DNA of 64,000 nt, taken from assembly GCA_017547505.1 (NCBI GenBank), contig JAFYPO010000038.1, positions 1 through 64,000 of the forward strand, read 5' to 3'. Below are positions 45,861 to 54,893 of the stretch, one piece after another. Below the pieces are notes generated by a model. That model worked only from the letters and a program-made list of their open reading frames with translations, did not search any database and was not told the origin of the DNA. Position numbers and translations under genes: made by a program. Position 1 is the first letter of the stretch; each line of letters opens with the position of its first letter. The stretch comes from Oscillospiraceae bacterium (GTDB lineage Bacteria; Bacillota; Clostridia; Oscillospirales; Oscillospiraceae).

Positions 45861-45877
45861 TGGACACGTCATGTCCG
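45861..45877. promoter_or_regulatory. Palindromic operator GGACA-N5-TGTCC, copy 2
   Basis: TGGACACGTCATGTCCG. Confidence 0.6.
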
Positions 45878-45895
45878 TTTTTTGACGAAAAAAAT

Positions 45896-47779
45896 TTATA
45901 TTTCTACACCGAACTGGTTGAGGAACTCTCTTACAGCATCGACGGACTCTGGGTACTTTGTATGTAATGCTTCGCTCATCCATTGATGGCTTGGGTCCAT
46001 CGGTTTCAGCTTACACCCCAATACCTCAAGCAATTTTTCACTGATAACGGGAGGAAGGTTCATGCCGAAGCAAATCAAAACTGCTGTCTCAACTTTGGGG
46101 GCAGTTGTACCCTTTACCGTGCGACTGATGGTTTTGGGGTCTCTGTCGATCTTATCACCCAAGTCGGTGTACTTCATGTTTCTCCATTCTAGCAAGAGAT
46201 CCATGCACTGTTCAGGATCATCCGTCATCTTTCTGCGGATGTTCAACCATTCCTCTTGTTGCTTTTTTCTCATGGCAATCTGCCGTTCTTGGGGAGCATT
46301 TTGATACCCGTTATGGTACGTCACCTCAAAGGTTACATTGCTTTGCTCCCGGTTCAGAAAGCAAGCGGTATGATAGATGGATTCCACCTTGCTGGTGATA
46401 GACATATCAAAAGCGAGGCAGCACTCGTCCATGTGGGACCTGGCGTAATCGGTCAGTTGTAGTTTTCCCTCTGCATCAGGGATGACATATAGAGGGGCGT
46501 TATAAACAAAGTGGTTATCAACAAAGAGATAGTCGCCATTCTTTGTTTTTTCACGAAGTTCCAGATTTACAAACCGCTGTATGGCTGCATCTTGGGCACC
46601 AATAGTAAAGGTCTGATTGAGGGCAATTGCTCCCTTCCGGAAACCATGGGGCTTAACATAGTGACCATCAACATAGGTAAATGTGCCGATAGCATCTTCG
46701 AAACCAAGTTCCACCAAGCGTATTTTAGCGGCCTGACGCGAAACGGCAAAGTCCCGTTCCAATGCATTGATTACCATCTCCATGACGTCAACCGTGTGCT
46801 TTGCGCCGGTTTGACGCATAAAGTCAGTAATATACTCTTTTGCCTTAGCTGTAAATGGTCCCTTGGGCATCTGGATTCTAGGGGCAAGCTGGTTCGCTTG
46901 TTTCTCCATATACTTTGCAGCTTTTAGCGAAATCCGTGAATCAGCATCACCCAAAACTTCGCAGCTGATATGTGACGCATCGGCATTGAACAACTGCTCC
47001 AATTGGAAGGCTTTCCGATGCTTAACCCAATGTACGCACTCATGTACAACCGTATTATTGGCGGAGCCAAGATTTCGAAGTAGATACATCTGAGGGTCTA
47101 CCAAAATAGTTTTTGCCTTGATGTGTATCAGCGTGTCTTTTGCATCAGCCTCGTTGTACAATTTTGCATCAGCGTCATCGAAGTAAAGCTGACCGAATAC
47201 CGAGGCATCCTCCCGAATGCGCTGATACTGCACAGATAAACCTAGGCTTTCTGCTAGTGCAACGGGGTCGATCCATACGGGCGGTTGCCCCTTCATAGGA
47301 ATGCTTAAAGCTTCCGGATAGTACTCAGTTAAAAAAGCCGTAGCAACATCGTCCAGGTTGGAATAAGGGATGATAGGAACCAGAGAGTCGTCCATAGGAT
47401 TTTGAGGACGACTTTTTCCATTGTACTTTGACACGGAAAGAATTTCGAAGTCGTCGAGTTTTTTGTCCAGGTCGCCACGGCAGTGAACCATCATCCAAAC
47501 GATATTTTCATCGTAATCATCATAATGGTAGTCGCCCTCATGCACCTCAAACCAAATGGACACAGCCACATCAAAGTGGATTTCCATTCCCGGTTCATCT
47601 TCAATCCATACATATTCGACTTTTACATCAGAAATCTCATGATTTCCAGCACGATGAATTCTCCGTTGCTCAAGGCCCAGAGAATCGATGTTGGAATCTA
47701 GGTAGCTTTCGGCAGCAGCCCAGAAGTCGTTATCAAATCGTTTTTTAATATAATCGGTGAACGATCGGTATGCCGCCAT
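45896..47779 (-). CDS. ImmA/IrrE metallopeptidase with C-terminal XRE HTH
   Basis: HECVH, E.QAN.LA..I.MP, F.VSR.AA.IRL; C-terminal L...IDRDPKTISR HTH; AAGGAGG RBS. Confidence 0.85.
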   Translation of the reverse strand: MAAYRSFTDYIKKRFDNDFWAAAESYLDSNIDSLGLEQRRIHRAGNHEISDVKVEYVWIEDEPGMEIHFDVAVSIWFEVHEGDYHYDDYDENIVWMMVHCRGDLDKKLDDFEILSVSKYNGKSRPQNPMDDSLVPIIPYSNLDDVATAFLTEYYPEALSIPMKGQPPVWIDPVALAESLGLSVQYQRIREDASVFGQLYFDDADAKLYNEADAKDTLIHIKAKTILVDPQMYLLRNLGSANNTVVHECVHWVKHRKAFQLEQLFNADASHISCEVLGDADSRISLKAAKYMEKQANQLAPRIQMPKGPFTAKAKEYITDFMRQTGAKHTVDVMEMVINALERDFAVSRQAAKIRLVELGFEDAIGTFTYVDGHYVKPHGFRKGAIALNQTFTIGAQDAAIQRFVNLELREKTKNGDYLFVDNHFVYNAPLYVIPDAEGKLQLTDYARSHMDECCLAFDMSITSKVESIYHTACFLNREQSNVTFEVTYHNGYQNAPQERQIAMRKKQQEEWLNIRRKMTDDPEQCMDLLLEWRNMKYTDLGDKIDRDPKTISRTVKGTTAPKVETAVLICFGMNLPPVISEKLLEVLGCKLKPMDPSHQWMSEALHTKYPESVDAVREFLNQFGVEI

Positions 47780-47835
47780 TGGTATTCCTCCTTGGCAAAC
47801 GGATTTACACAAATGAAAATGTGTTTTCAATAAGT

Positions 47836-47864
47836 ATTATATCACAAAACTGTAGTTTTTTCAA
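47836..47864 (-). promoter_or_regulatory. SigA promoter of the peptidase-HTH gene
   Basis: TTGAAA-17 bp-TATAAT with TG extension. Confidence 0.7.
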
Positions 47865-47905
47865 TAACCAAAGAAGTAAATTCCTGTGATTGTGAAGATT
47901 ATCTC

Positions 47906-47934
47906 TTGAATTTCGCCAAAATATGTGCTATAAT
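47906..47934 (+). promoter_or_regulatory. SigA promoter of the HTH/defence operon
   Basis: TTGAAT-17 bp-TATAAT with TG extension. Confidence 0.7.
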
Positions 47935-47988
47935 CTATAATTGCAATGATGTAACTATGTGTAATTTATGTGCGAGGAGCGATGACAT

Positions 47989-48210
47989 ATGGAAGTAAGT
48001 TACAAGAAATTGTGGAAGATCTTGATTGATAAAGATATGAAAAAGAAGGATTTACAAGCAGCGGCATCGATTAGCTGGGCCTCTGTTACAAAACTTTCTA
48101 AGGGTGAAGTTGTAAGCATGGAAGTGCTGATGAAAGTGTGTAAGGCACTGAACTGTAATATTGGAGATGTTATGGATTTGGTGCCAATATCAGAGTGCAG
48201 CGAAAACTAA
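47989..48210 (+). CDS. Cro/C1-type HTH regulator
   Basis: SYKKLWK.LID..M.K.DL......S......L.K...V....L..VC..L.C.I.D. Confidence 0.9.
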   Translation: MEVSYKKLWKILIDKDMKKKDLQAAASISWASVTKLSKGEVVSMEVLMKVCKALNCNIGDVMDLVPISECSEN

Positions 48211-48253
48211 TTCATATCCAGTGAATTTAAAAAGTATATCGTAAGGTTGGTAT

Positions 48254-49348
48254 ATGATGAAACGAAAGCTAACGTGTGTAGATCTATTTTGCGGAGCAGG
48301 TGGATTTTCTAAAGGTTTTTTAGATGCGGGATACAATGTTGTGTTGGGCGTGGATTTTGACGATGCTGCGCTTAAAACCTTTCAAAGAAACCATGGTAAT
48401 ACTTGTGCCATGAAATTGGATTTATTTGATAGTAACAATATTGAAAAGATTGTACAGTATCTCAATAACATCGGAATTGAGGATCTTGATGTTCTAATCG
48501 GTGGACCTCCTTGCCAGGGCTTTTCCTACGCTGGCAAAATGGAAATCGATGATGAACGCAATTTCCTGTATCTCGCTATGGTAAAGTTAACTGAACAGCT
48601 TAAACCCAAAGCTGTTTTGCTCGAAAATGTTCTTGCAATGGTTGAAGCTCATGGCGGTATTGGTGCCAAACGCATCATTGATGATTTCTCTAAAATCGGC
48701 TATAAGATGACGTGTAAAGTTCTATTTGCTCCTGATTATGGGGTTCCTCAAATACGAAAACGTGTGTTTTTTGTTGGATTGCGGGATGCTGATCAAAGTT
48801 TTGAATTCCCCGAGGCGGTAGTAGAAGCGACACATTATGTCACTACAGAAGAAGCCATTAGTGATTTGCCGAGTCTGCAGGACGAACATGGACTAATTCA
48901 CCGTGGTGAAACTGAACAAGAATATATGACCGAACCGACCTCTGAATATCAGCGTTCCATGCGAAAAAATATGTCGGTTGTATATAACCATATTGGTTCT
49001 GTACCAATTGAGAAAACAAGAACTATGATTGCTCTGGTACCCGAAGGAAAAAACTATTTAGCATTGCCAGAGGAGTACAGGGGTATGTACAAATATCATG
49101 AGGCTTTGACTAGATATCATAGCAAAAAGCCCTCTCTCACTATTAATACCGGGCATCGATCTCACTTCCATTACAAATGGAATCGCATTCCTACGGTGAG
49201 AGAAAGTGCGCGTCTGCAGAGTTTCCCTGATGACTTTATTTTCTACGGTAATCAGTCAGAGCAGTTTAAGCAAGTTGGTAATGCTGTACCGCCGCTTTTG
49301 GGCAAGGCAATTGCCGAGCAATTAAAAGCATATCTTGTTGAGGAGTAA
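48254..49348 (+). CDS. dcm: DNA cytosine-5 methyltransferase M1
   Basis: DLFCGAGG, GGPPCQ, ENV, PQ.RKR, RESARLQSFP, GNAV. Confidence 0.95.
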   Translation: MMKRKLTCVDLFCGAGGFSKGFLDAGYNVVLGVDFDDAALKTFQRNHGNTCAMKLDLFDSNNIEKIVQYLNNIGIEDLDVLIGGPPCQGFSYAGKMEIDDERNFLYLAMVKLTEQLKPKAVLLENVLAMVEAHGGIGAKRIIDDFSKIGYKMTCKVLFAPDYGVPQIRKRVFFVGLRDADQSFEFPEAVVEATHYVTTEEAISDLPSLQDEHGLIHRGETEQEYMTEPTSEYQRSMRKNMSVVYNHIGSVPIEKTRTMIALVPEGKNYLALPEEYRGMYKYHEALTRYHSKKPSLTINTGHRSHFHYKWNRIPTVRESARLQSFPDDFIFYGNQSEQFKQVGNAVPPLLGKAIAEQLKAYLVEE

Positions 49349-49349
49349 T

Positions 49350-50645
49350 ATGATGCGATACAAAATGATAGATCTTTTCGCTGGTTGTGGAGGTCTAGAA
49401 GACGGCTTTTTGCAAAGCGGAAGATACGAAGATGTTGCAGCGGTAGAGTGGCTGCAACCACAAGTTAAAACTTTGATTAACCGATTGAAAACCAAATGGG
49501 GTATGTCTGATGCAGATGAGCGCGTAATGTGTTTCGATATTCAGCGCGAAGAGGAACTGTTTGGTGGATGGCGTGATGATTCCATTTCTCCAACATCTGA
49601 AATTCTGCCAAACGGCAAAAAAAGCCGTTATAAAACTGGACCATACGGAGATGGCAAGGGATTAGATTTCTTTGTTAATAGGGCTGGTGGCATTGATGTT
49701 ATTATCGGCGGACCTCCTTGCCAAGCATATTCTGTAGCAGGCCGTGTACGAGATGAAAATGGCATGAAGGATGATTATCGAAATTATCTGTTCGAACACT
49801 ATCTTAATGTCGTCGATCGATATAAGCCGAAGGTTTTTGTGTTTGAAAATGTTCCTGGGTTGCTGAGTGCCATGCCGGATGGAACCCCTATATCAGACTT
49901 GATTCGGCAAGGCTTTGCACGGATTGGTTATGAGATAGTGGATGACATCAAGAAATATGCGAAGATCAATGCCAGTGACTTTGGCGTTCCGCAACATCGT
50001 GAACGATTGATTATCCTTGGGATAAGAAAGGAAATTTGCGATACCCCTCAAATGTGGTTGCATCATTTCTACTTGGACATCTTAACCAAATACAAAGTAA
50101 CAAAGAAACGTACTGTTGGCGATGCCATAGGTGATTTACCTCCCATATATCCTATCATTAACGAGAATACATCACCTAAACGAGTAGGATATACTAAACC
50201 GGAGTGTAAGACTACATGGCATACCGCCCGTCATCATAGTTTAAGAGATGTTGAAATTTATGGTATGTTAGCCGAGGATATCTCTTCTGGTCGAAACGAA
50301 TATACAGATAGTGCAGCACTGAGTGAGTTGTATGAGAAGCGTGTTGGCGGAAAATCTCCTATTCACAGATATCATGTTCTCCGAGAAGACGAACCTAGTA
50401 CCACTATTATTTCTCATTTGGATCGTGATGGTAACAGGTTTATTCATTATGATTCCAAGCAAAGCCGTGATATTACTCCAAGAGAGGCCGCACGAATTCA
50501 ATCGTTTGACGATGATTTTGATTTTATCGGAACACAAACAGATACTTATATTATGATCGGAAATGCAGTCCCACCTCTTTTGGCTAAATGCGTAGGTCTG
50601 GCTGTGGCAGAATTACTTGATGAATTAGTGGTGATGAAAAAATGA
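49350..50645 (+). CDS. dcm: DNA cytosine-5 methyltransferase M2
   Basis: DLFAGCGG, GGPPCQ, ENV, PQ.RER, REAARIQSF, GNAV; start 49350 or 49353. Confidence 0.95.
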   Translation: MMRYKMIDLFAGCGGLEDGFLQSGRYEDVAAVEWLQPQVKTLINRLKTKWGMSDADERVMCFDIQREEELFGGWRDDSISPTSEILPNGKKSRYKTGPYGDGKGLDFFVNRAGGIDVIIGGPPCQAYSVAGRVRDENGMKDDYRNYLFEHYLNVVDRYKPKVFVFENVPGLLSAMPDGTPISDLIRQGFARIGYEIVDDIKKYAKINASDFGVPQHRERLIILGIRKEICDTPQMWLHHFYLDILTKYKVTKKRTVGDAIGDLPPIYPIINENTSPKRVGYTKPECKTTWHTARHHSLRDVEIYGMLAEDISSGRNEYTDSAALSELYEKRVGGKSPIHRYHVLREDEPSTTIISHLDRDGNRFIHYDSKQSRDITPREAARIQSFDDDFDFIGTQTDTYIMIGNAVPPLLAKCVGLAVAELLDELVVMKK

Positions 50646-53371
50646 CCCGCAAAACTCTGGAACTGATTAACAGGTTGAGTCAGTTGGTCGATACAAATAA
50701 ATACTTAATTCTCTCCGGCGGCATTGGAGTAGGTAAAACATTTCTCGCTTCAGCTGTAGCAGAAAATTGTGCCCTTTCTCAATACAACGCACAAGGTAAA
50801 CTTGCCTTTGGGCTAGAGAAATATGAGGTCGAAACAGAAATCGTCCCCATTCATCCCTCTCGGTCGTATGAGGATTTTGTTGCGGGAATATCCATTAGAA
50901 CCGATGATGGGAAAGCAACATTTCGGCACGAAGATAAAGTATTCATGACGATGCTTCGAAAAGCCGAAAAAAGTTGGTCTGTTGGCGAATTCAAAAAGTA
51001 TTTCTTGATTCTTGACGATATCAACCGTGGGGATTTGTCGACACTTATGGGAGATACCCTCTCCTTGATAGAGCCACACGGAAATCCTCAACGCTGTATT
51101 CCGCCTAATATGTATATCATAGCTACAAGAAATGATACAGTTCAATCGGTCGAATACGGAAACTATGGTTTCCTAAGACACTTTTATGAGTATCAGTTAG
51201 AAAATGATTATAAATATATGGCAGACGATCCGACTGGAGTTTACTCAGATTTTGATATTTCTGCAGAAGCCTTATATTATCGCGCCCGACGAATTGTGTT
51301 GGAAAATTTACGAGATAAATTTTCTGCGTCAAATCGTGAGAGAATGAAGTACGTGCTTGGTCACGGTATGTTTAAGAGTGCTGCGCCAACATTGGTTGTA
51401 AAGCATCAGGTTATACCGACTTTGTATCAGTATGAGAAGGACTGTGTACTCAGTAGATCCGCACGAATTAGTATTGCATCTTTACAGAAATTGGTGGAAG
51501 GCGGCTACAGCAAGGACCACGGCTTAGCATATACTGACCGACTGCTTGTTAGGAAGAGCGGCGTGACCGCCAGTGTTTTCTGTAGTGAAGTTTTAACGCA
51601 CCAGCCAATGGTAAATTTGGTAACTCGCATTAAGGAACAAGGACTTCTTGATGACGCAGATATTGCCGATCAAATTCTATTCAATCCTCAGGTTGTAGTG
51701 CGAATTAAAGCCAAACTAGATGGTGAGGAGCGAACTTTTCCGATACCTGGATGTCTCTATGTCGAGAGACGTTCACGGGGTATGTATACTTACGGAAAAA
51801 CAAAGGACGGTAAAGGTAACCCTAAACGACCTAGATATTTCTATTCAGGCAATGCAAATGATGTAGTTGTTCTTGATGGTGTTGAGTATACGATTGCCTC
51901 CGAAATGCAGCCAAAGGAATACACGAGATGGTATGAGGATTTGGATACTGGAACAGAAGGCAACGAACGTTATTCCTCTTCTCCTAATTCGATTATGTTC
52001 CGAATTTTGCGACAGTATTACAAAACATTGGAAAAACGATATGACGAGTATCTTTTGATTTTTCCTGGTGATGAGAACATCTCCAGACTAAAGGCCTATG
52101 TACAGCAAGAATATCGAAACTTAGTTGAAGAAACCAGACAGTTGCATCCAGAAATCTCCGATGAGGCAGATGTTAATGAACGCGCTAATGTTGCCTTTAG
52201 AGACGTTATAGGGAGATTAACCCTCTTTTGGAAAAATCGCGGGGAAACCATTACAGTTGGCGGACAAACCATCACTGTGGAAGGAGTGTATAAAGTGGAC
52301 ACAGTAAGTAAATATAGAGAATATTCTCAGGCAATGGAGAAATTAAATATCCATCAGATGATTATGCAAGGCCCTCCTGGCACATCAAAAACATATTCTG
52401 CAAGAGAGTACCTCAAGTATATTGGCAGGCACTCTGAAGCAGACGCTATGCTTACGGATGTTGAGTTAGACGAACGCCAAATAAAAGATTATTCCAGTGA
52501 CGAAGTTCTGACCGCATGGGAAGAAAGTAATCCGGGCGCGGCACCCGCAATTGTGTGGGATGTCGTTCAATTCCATCCTTCGTATGGATATGAAGATTTT
52601 GTGCGCGGCATTGAGGTAAGTACTGTTCCTGTTGACGGCGGTACTTCTTCTGTAATTTCCTACGATACTACTAACAAAATCCTTGGAAAGATTGCAGCGA
52701 AAGCAGCTTTGCCCCGTTATCAAAACACAAAGTTCTTCCTCGTGATTGACGAGATCAACCGTGCAAACCTTGCTACAGTGTTTGGCGAATTGATTTATGG
52801 CTTGGAGTACCGCAATAAGGGTGTTGCTACGCCCTACACGGTAGGATCTTCTAACAAGGTTCTATTGCCAAACAATCTTTACATTATCGGAACTATGAAC
52901 ACCGCGGATAAGTCGATTGGTGGAATTGACTATGCAATCAGACGTCGGTTCTTGTTCTTCCAGGTGCTGCCAAATAGAGATGTGATTTTGCACTACAATC
53001 TTGACGGACTTTCTGGTGAGGCACAAACGCAGCAAAAAGCAGTTAATAATAGAGCAGTTGCATTATTCGATAGAATTGCAGAACTATTTAATGATGCAAA
53101 TTTGAACACCGAGTTTTATAAGGACGATGTTCAAATTGGACATACTTATTTCTTAGTTTCCTCAGAAGACCAGCTTTTCTTGAGATTTAAGTATCAGATG
53201 CTACCTATTTTGAGGGAGTATTACAAGGATGGAATGTTCCAATTTGAAACACCAGACACTGATGATGATGGTTGGAGCGGGCTTATTGGTTGTATCACAG
53301 GCGATGTGGATGCTAACTCGGATGAAGCGAAACTAAGGGATATCTTCAATAAGCTTATAGAAACAACCTAA
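50642..53371 (+). CDS. mcrB: McrB-like protein with two AAA+ domains (first degenerate)
   Basis: Domain 1 GIGVGKT, HPS.SYEDF, LDDINRG, ATRND; domain 2 GPPGTSKT, FHPSY.YEDF, IDEINRAN, TMNTAD, RRRF. Confidence 0.88.
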   Translation: MTRKTLELINRLSQLVDTNKYLILSGGIGVGKTFLASAVAENCALSQYNAQGKLAFGLEKYEVETEIVPIHPSRSYEDFVAGISIRTDDGKATFRHEDKVFMTMLRKAEKSWSVGEFKKYFLILDDINRGDLSTLMGDTLSLIEPHGNPQRCIPPNMYIIATRNDTVQSVEYGNYGFLRHFYEYQLENDYKYMADDPTGVYSDFDISAEALYYRARRIVLENLRDKFSASNRERMKYVLGHGMFKSAAPTLVVKHQVIPTLYQYEKDCVLSRSARISIASLQKLVEGGYSKDHGLAYTDRLLVRKSGVTASVFCSEVLTHQPMVNLVTRIKEQGLLDDADIADQILFNPQVVVRIKAKLDGEERTFPIPGCLYVERRSRGMYTYGKTKDGKGNPKRPRYFYSGNANDVVVLDGVEYTIASEMQPKEYTRWYEDLDTGTEGNERYSSSPNSIMFRILRQYYKTLEKRYDEYLLIFPGDENISRLKAYVQQEYRNLVEETRQLHPEISDEADVNERANVAFRDVIGRLTLFWKNRGETITVGGQTITVEGVYKVDTVSKYREYSQAMEKLNIHQMIMQGPPGTSKTYSAREYLKYIGRHSEADAMLTDVELDERQIKDYSSDEVLTAWEESNPGAAPAIVWDVVQFHPSYGYEDFVRGIEVSTVPVDGGTSSVISYDTTNKILGKIAAKAALPRYQNTKFFLVIDEINRANLATVFGELIYGLEYRNKGVATPYTVGSSNKVLLPNNLYIIGTMNTADKSIGGIDYAIRRRFLFFQVLPNRDVILHYNLDGLSGEAQTQQKAVNNRAVALFDRIAELFNDANLNTEFYKDDVQIGHTYFLVSSEDQLFLRFKYQMLPILREYYKDGMFQFETPDTDDDGWSGLIGCITGDVDANSDEAKLRDIFNKLIETT

Positions 53372-53383
53372 GAGGGGATCACT

Positions 53384-54865
53384 ATGGAACACAGAAACCA
53401 TTGGGCTGAAGGCCCTCGACACCAGTGGATTTTTTGTGCAGACGATAACAGTTCGCTTGAAGGATTGTCCGAAAAAATCGACCCAAACGAAGTGCTTTGC
53501 TCAGATGACCATGTAATTGTAAACCTTGGAATTCGTAGAATAAACGGCAGACTATATGCCGGAAACTACGTGGGCGTATGTCGGCTCAAAAGCGTTTCTG
53601 GTAAAAATATTACTAGCAAAGACGGTTGCGATATAATTCTAAAAATACAGCCCAGATTCCCGCTTTCTGTCGTAGATATGCTGAATGTGATCAGAAACGA
53701 TGACGAATTTGAGAGATATCTGGCGCCACAGACTACGCGCATAGGCACATCAGACAAAGAAGTGGAAGACTTGGCCAACAATGAACTGTTTCACTTCTTT
53801 AGTGATGAAGATCCTGTGTTTTTGCAAGATGAAATTGCCAAAGAGAGCAGCATCATTACAGCAAGTGTATTCATATCGTTGCTGCAGCATCTTTGCAAGC
53901 GTCCTCTGATGGGTAAAACCGTACGTAAAGAAGAGAATCTTGTGGGAAAAGCAAAAGGCAAAATTGTCTTTAACAAGAATATACGATTCAATACTTTGCG
54001 CGGAAGAGATGACCGCTTGTATTGCAGATACTTGCAGTATACCGAGGATATCATCGAGAACCAAATCTTGAAGGCTGCACTGAAAAAGGCAGAGGTGTTT
54101 CTTAATCAATATTTTCGTTCTGTCAGCGGATGTAAAAATACATTTAGAGACATGATTTCTTATTGCAACAATGCCTTGGCTCATATCTCGCACAGAAAAA
54201 TTACGCGGTTTGATCTCAACGGCATTAAAACAACCGGTGTATATGTTTCCTATAAACCGGTTGTCAATGCAGCCAAAATGGTACTAAATGAAATTACTAT
54301 GGCCGCAAACGGAAGGACGACTATCACCAGCTATGTAATTCCTTATGCAATTTCCATGGAGAAATTATTTGAAATGTACACAAGGTCCTATTTAAAGATG
54401 GCCGGTGTAAGATCCTTCAATTCCCATGATGCAGGTATTCAGCTTTTGCCATACGATGACAAAACACCCGTGCTTACCGAAGGAAACAAAGCTTATGCCC
54501 ACTATATCAGAGGAAACATTAAGCCCGATATCATTCTTTACAACCCCGAAAACGGTAAATATGCGGTGTTTGATGTCAAGTACAAAGATTCATCAAATTC
54601 CAGATTCTCTCGTTCTGATAGAATGCAAGTGTTGGCGTATGGTCTGATGTTTGATGCGGAAAATATTGGAAATATTTTTCCAACCCAGGATGGTACAAGC
54701 AATATTTATTATAAAAGCAACAAAATCAATAGTAACGAAAGCAAGATAAGGCAGTACCATCAGCTGGAAATTGCCATTGACACAGATTGGGTGTTTGCAA
54801 TGACTTCAAAGGACGGTAAAGACTCTATTGGCTTGCTTGAATACCTACAAGATCTATTGAAATAG
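53384..54865 (+). CDS. mcrC: McrC-like restriction nuclease subunit
   Basis: NYVG, I.PRF, ENQILK.AL, M..LFE.Y, KPDI...FDVKYK...Q..AY PD-(D/E)XK core. Confidence 0.88.
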   Translation: MEHRNHWAEGPRHQWIFCADDNSSLEGLSEKIDPNEVLCSDDHVIVNLGIRRINGRLYAGNYVGVCRLKSVSGKNITSKDGCDIILKIQPRFPLSVVDMLNVIRNDDEFERYLAPQTTRIGTSDKEVEDLANNELFHFFSDEDPVFLQDEIAKESSIITASVFISLLQHLCKRPLMGKTVRKEENLVGKAKGKIVFNKNIRFNTLRGRDDRLYCRYLQYTEDIIENQILKAALKKAEVFLNQYFRSVSGCKNTFRDMISYCNNALAHISHRKITRFDLNGIKTTGVYVSYKPVVNAAKMVLNEITMAANGRTTITSYVIPYAISMEKLFEMYTRSYLKMAGVRSFNSHDAGIQLLPYDDKTPVLTEGNKAYAHYIRGNIKPDIILYNPENGKYAVFDVKYKDSSNSRFSRSDRMQVLAYGLMFDAENIGNIFPTQDGTSNIYYKSNKINSNESKIRQYHQLEIAIDTDWVFAMTSKDGKDSIGLLEYLQDLLK

Positions 54866-54893
54866 CTATTTGTTGTAAAGCGAGGACATAAAG

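Noticed and set aside
48254-50645. Assigning a recognition sequence to M1/M2
   Set aside because: Cannot be derived by eye; needs REBASE comparison or methylome data
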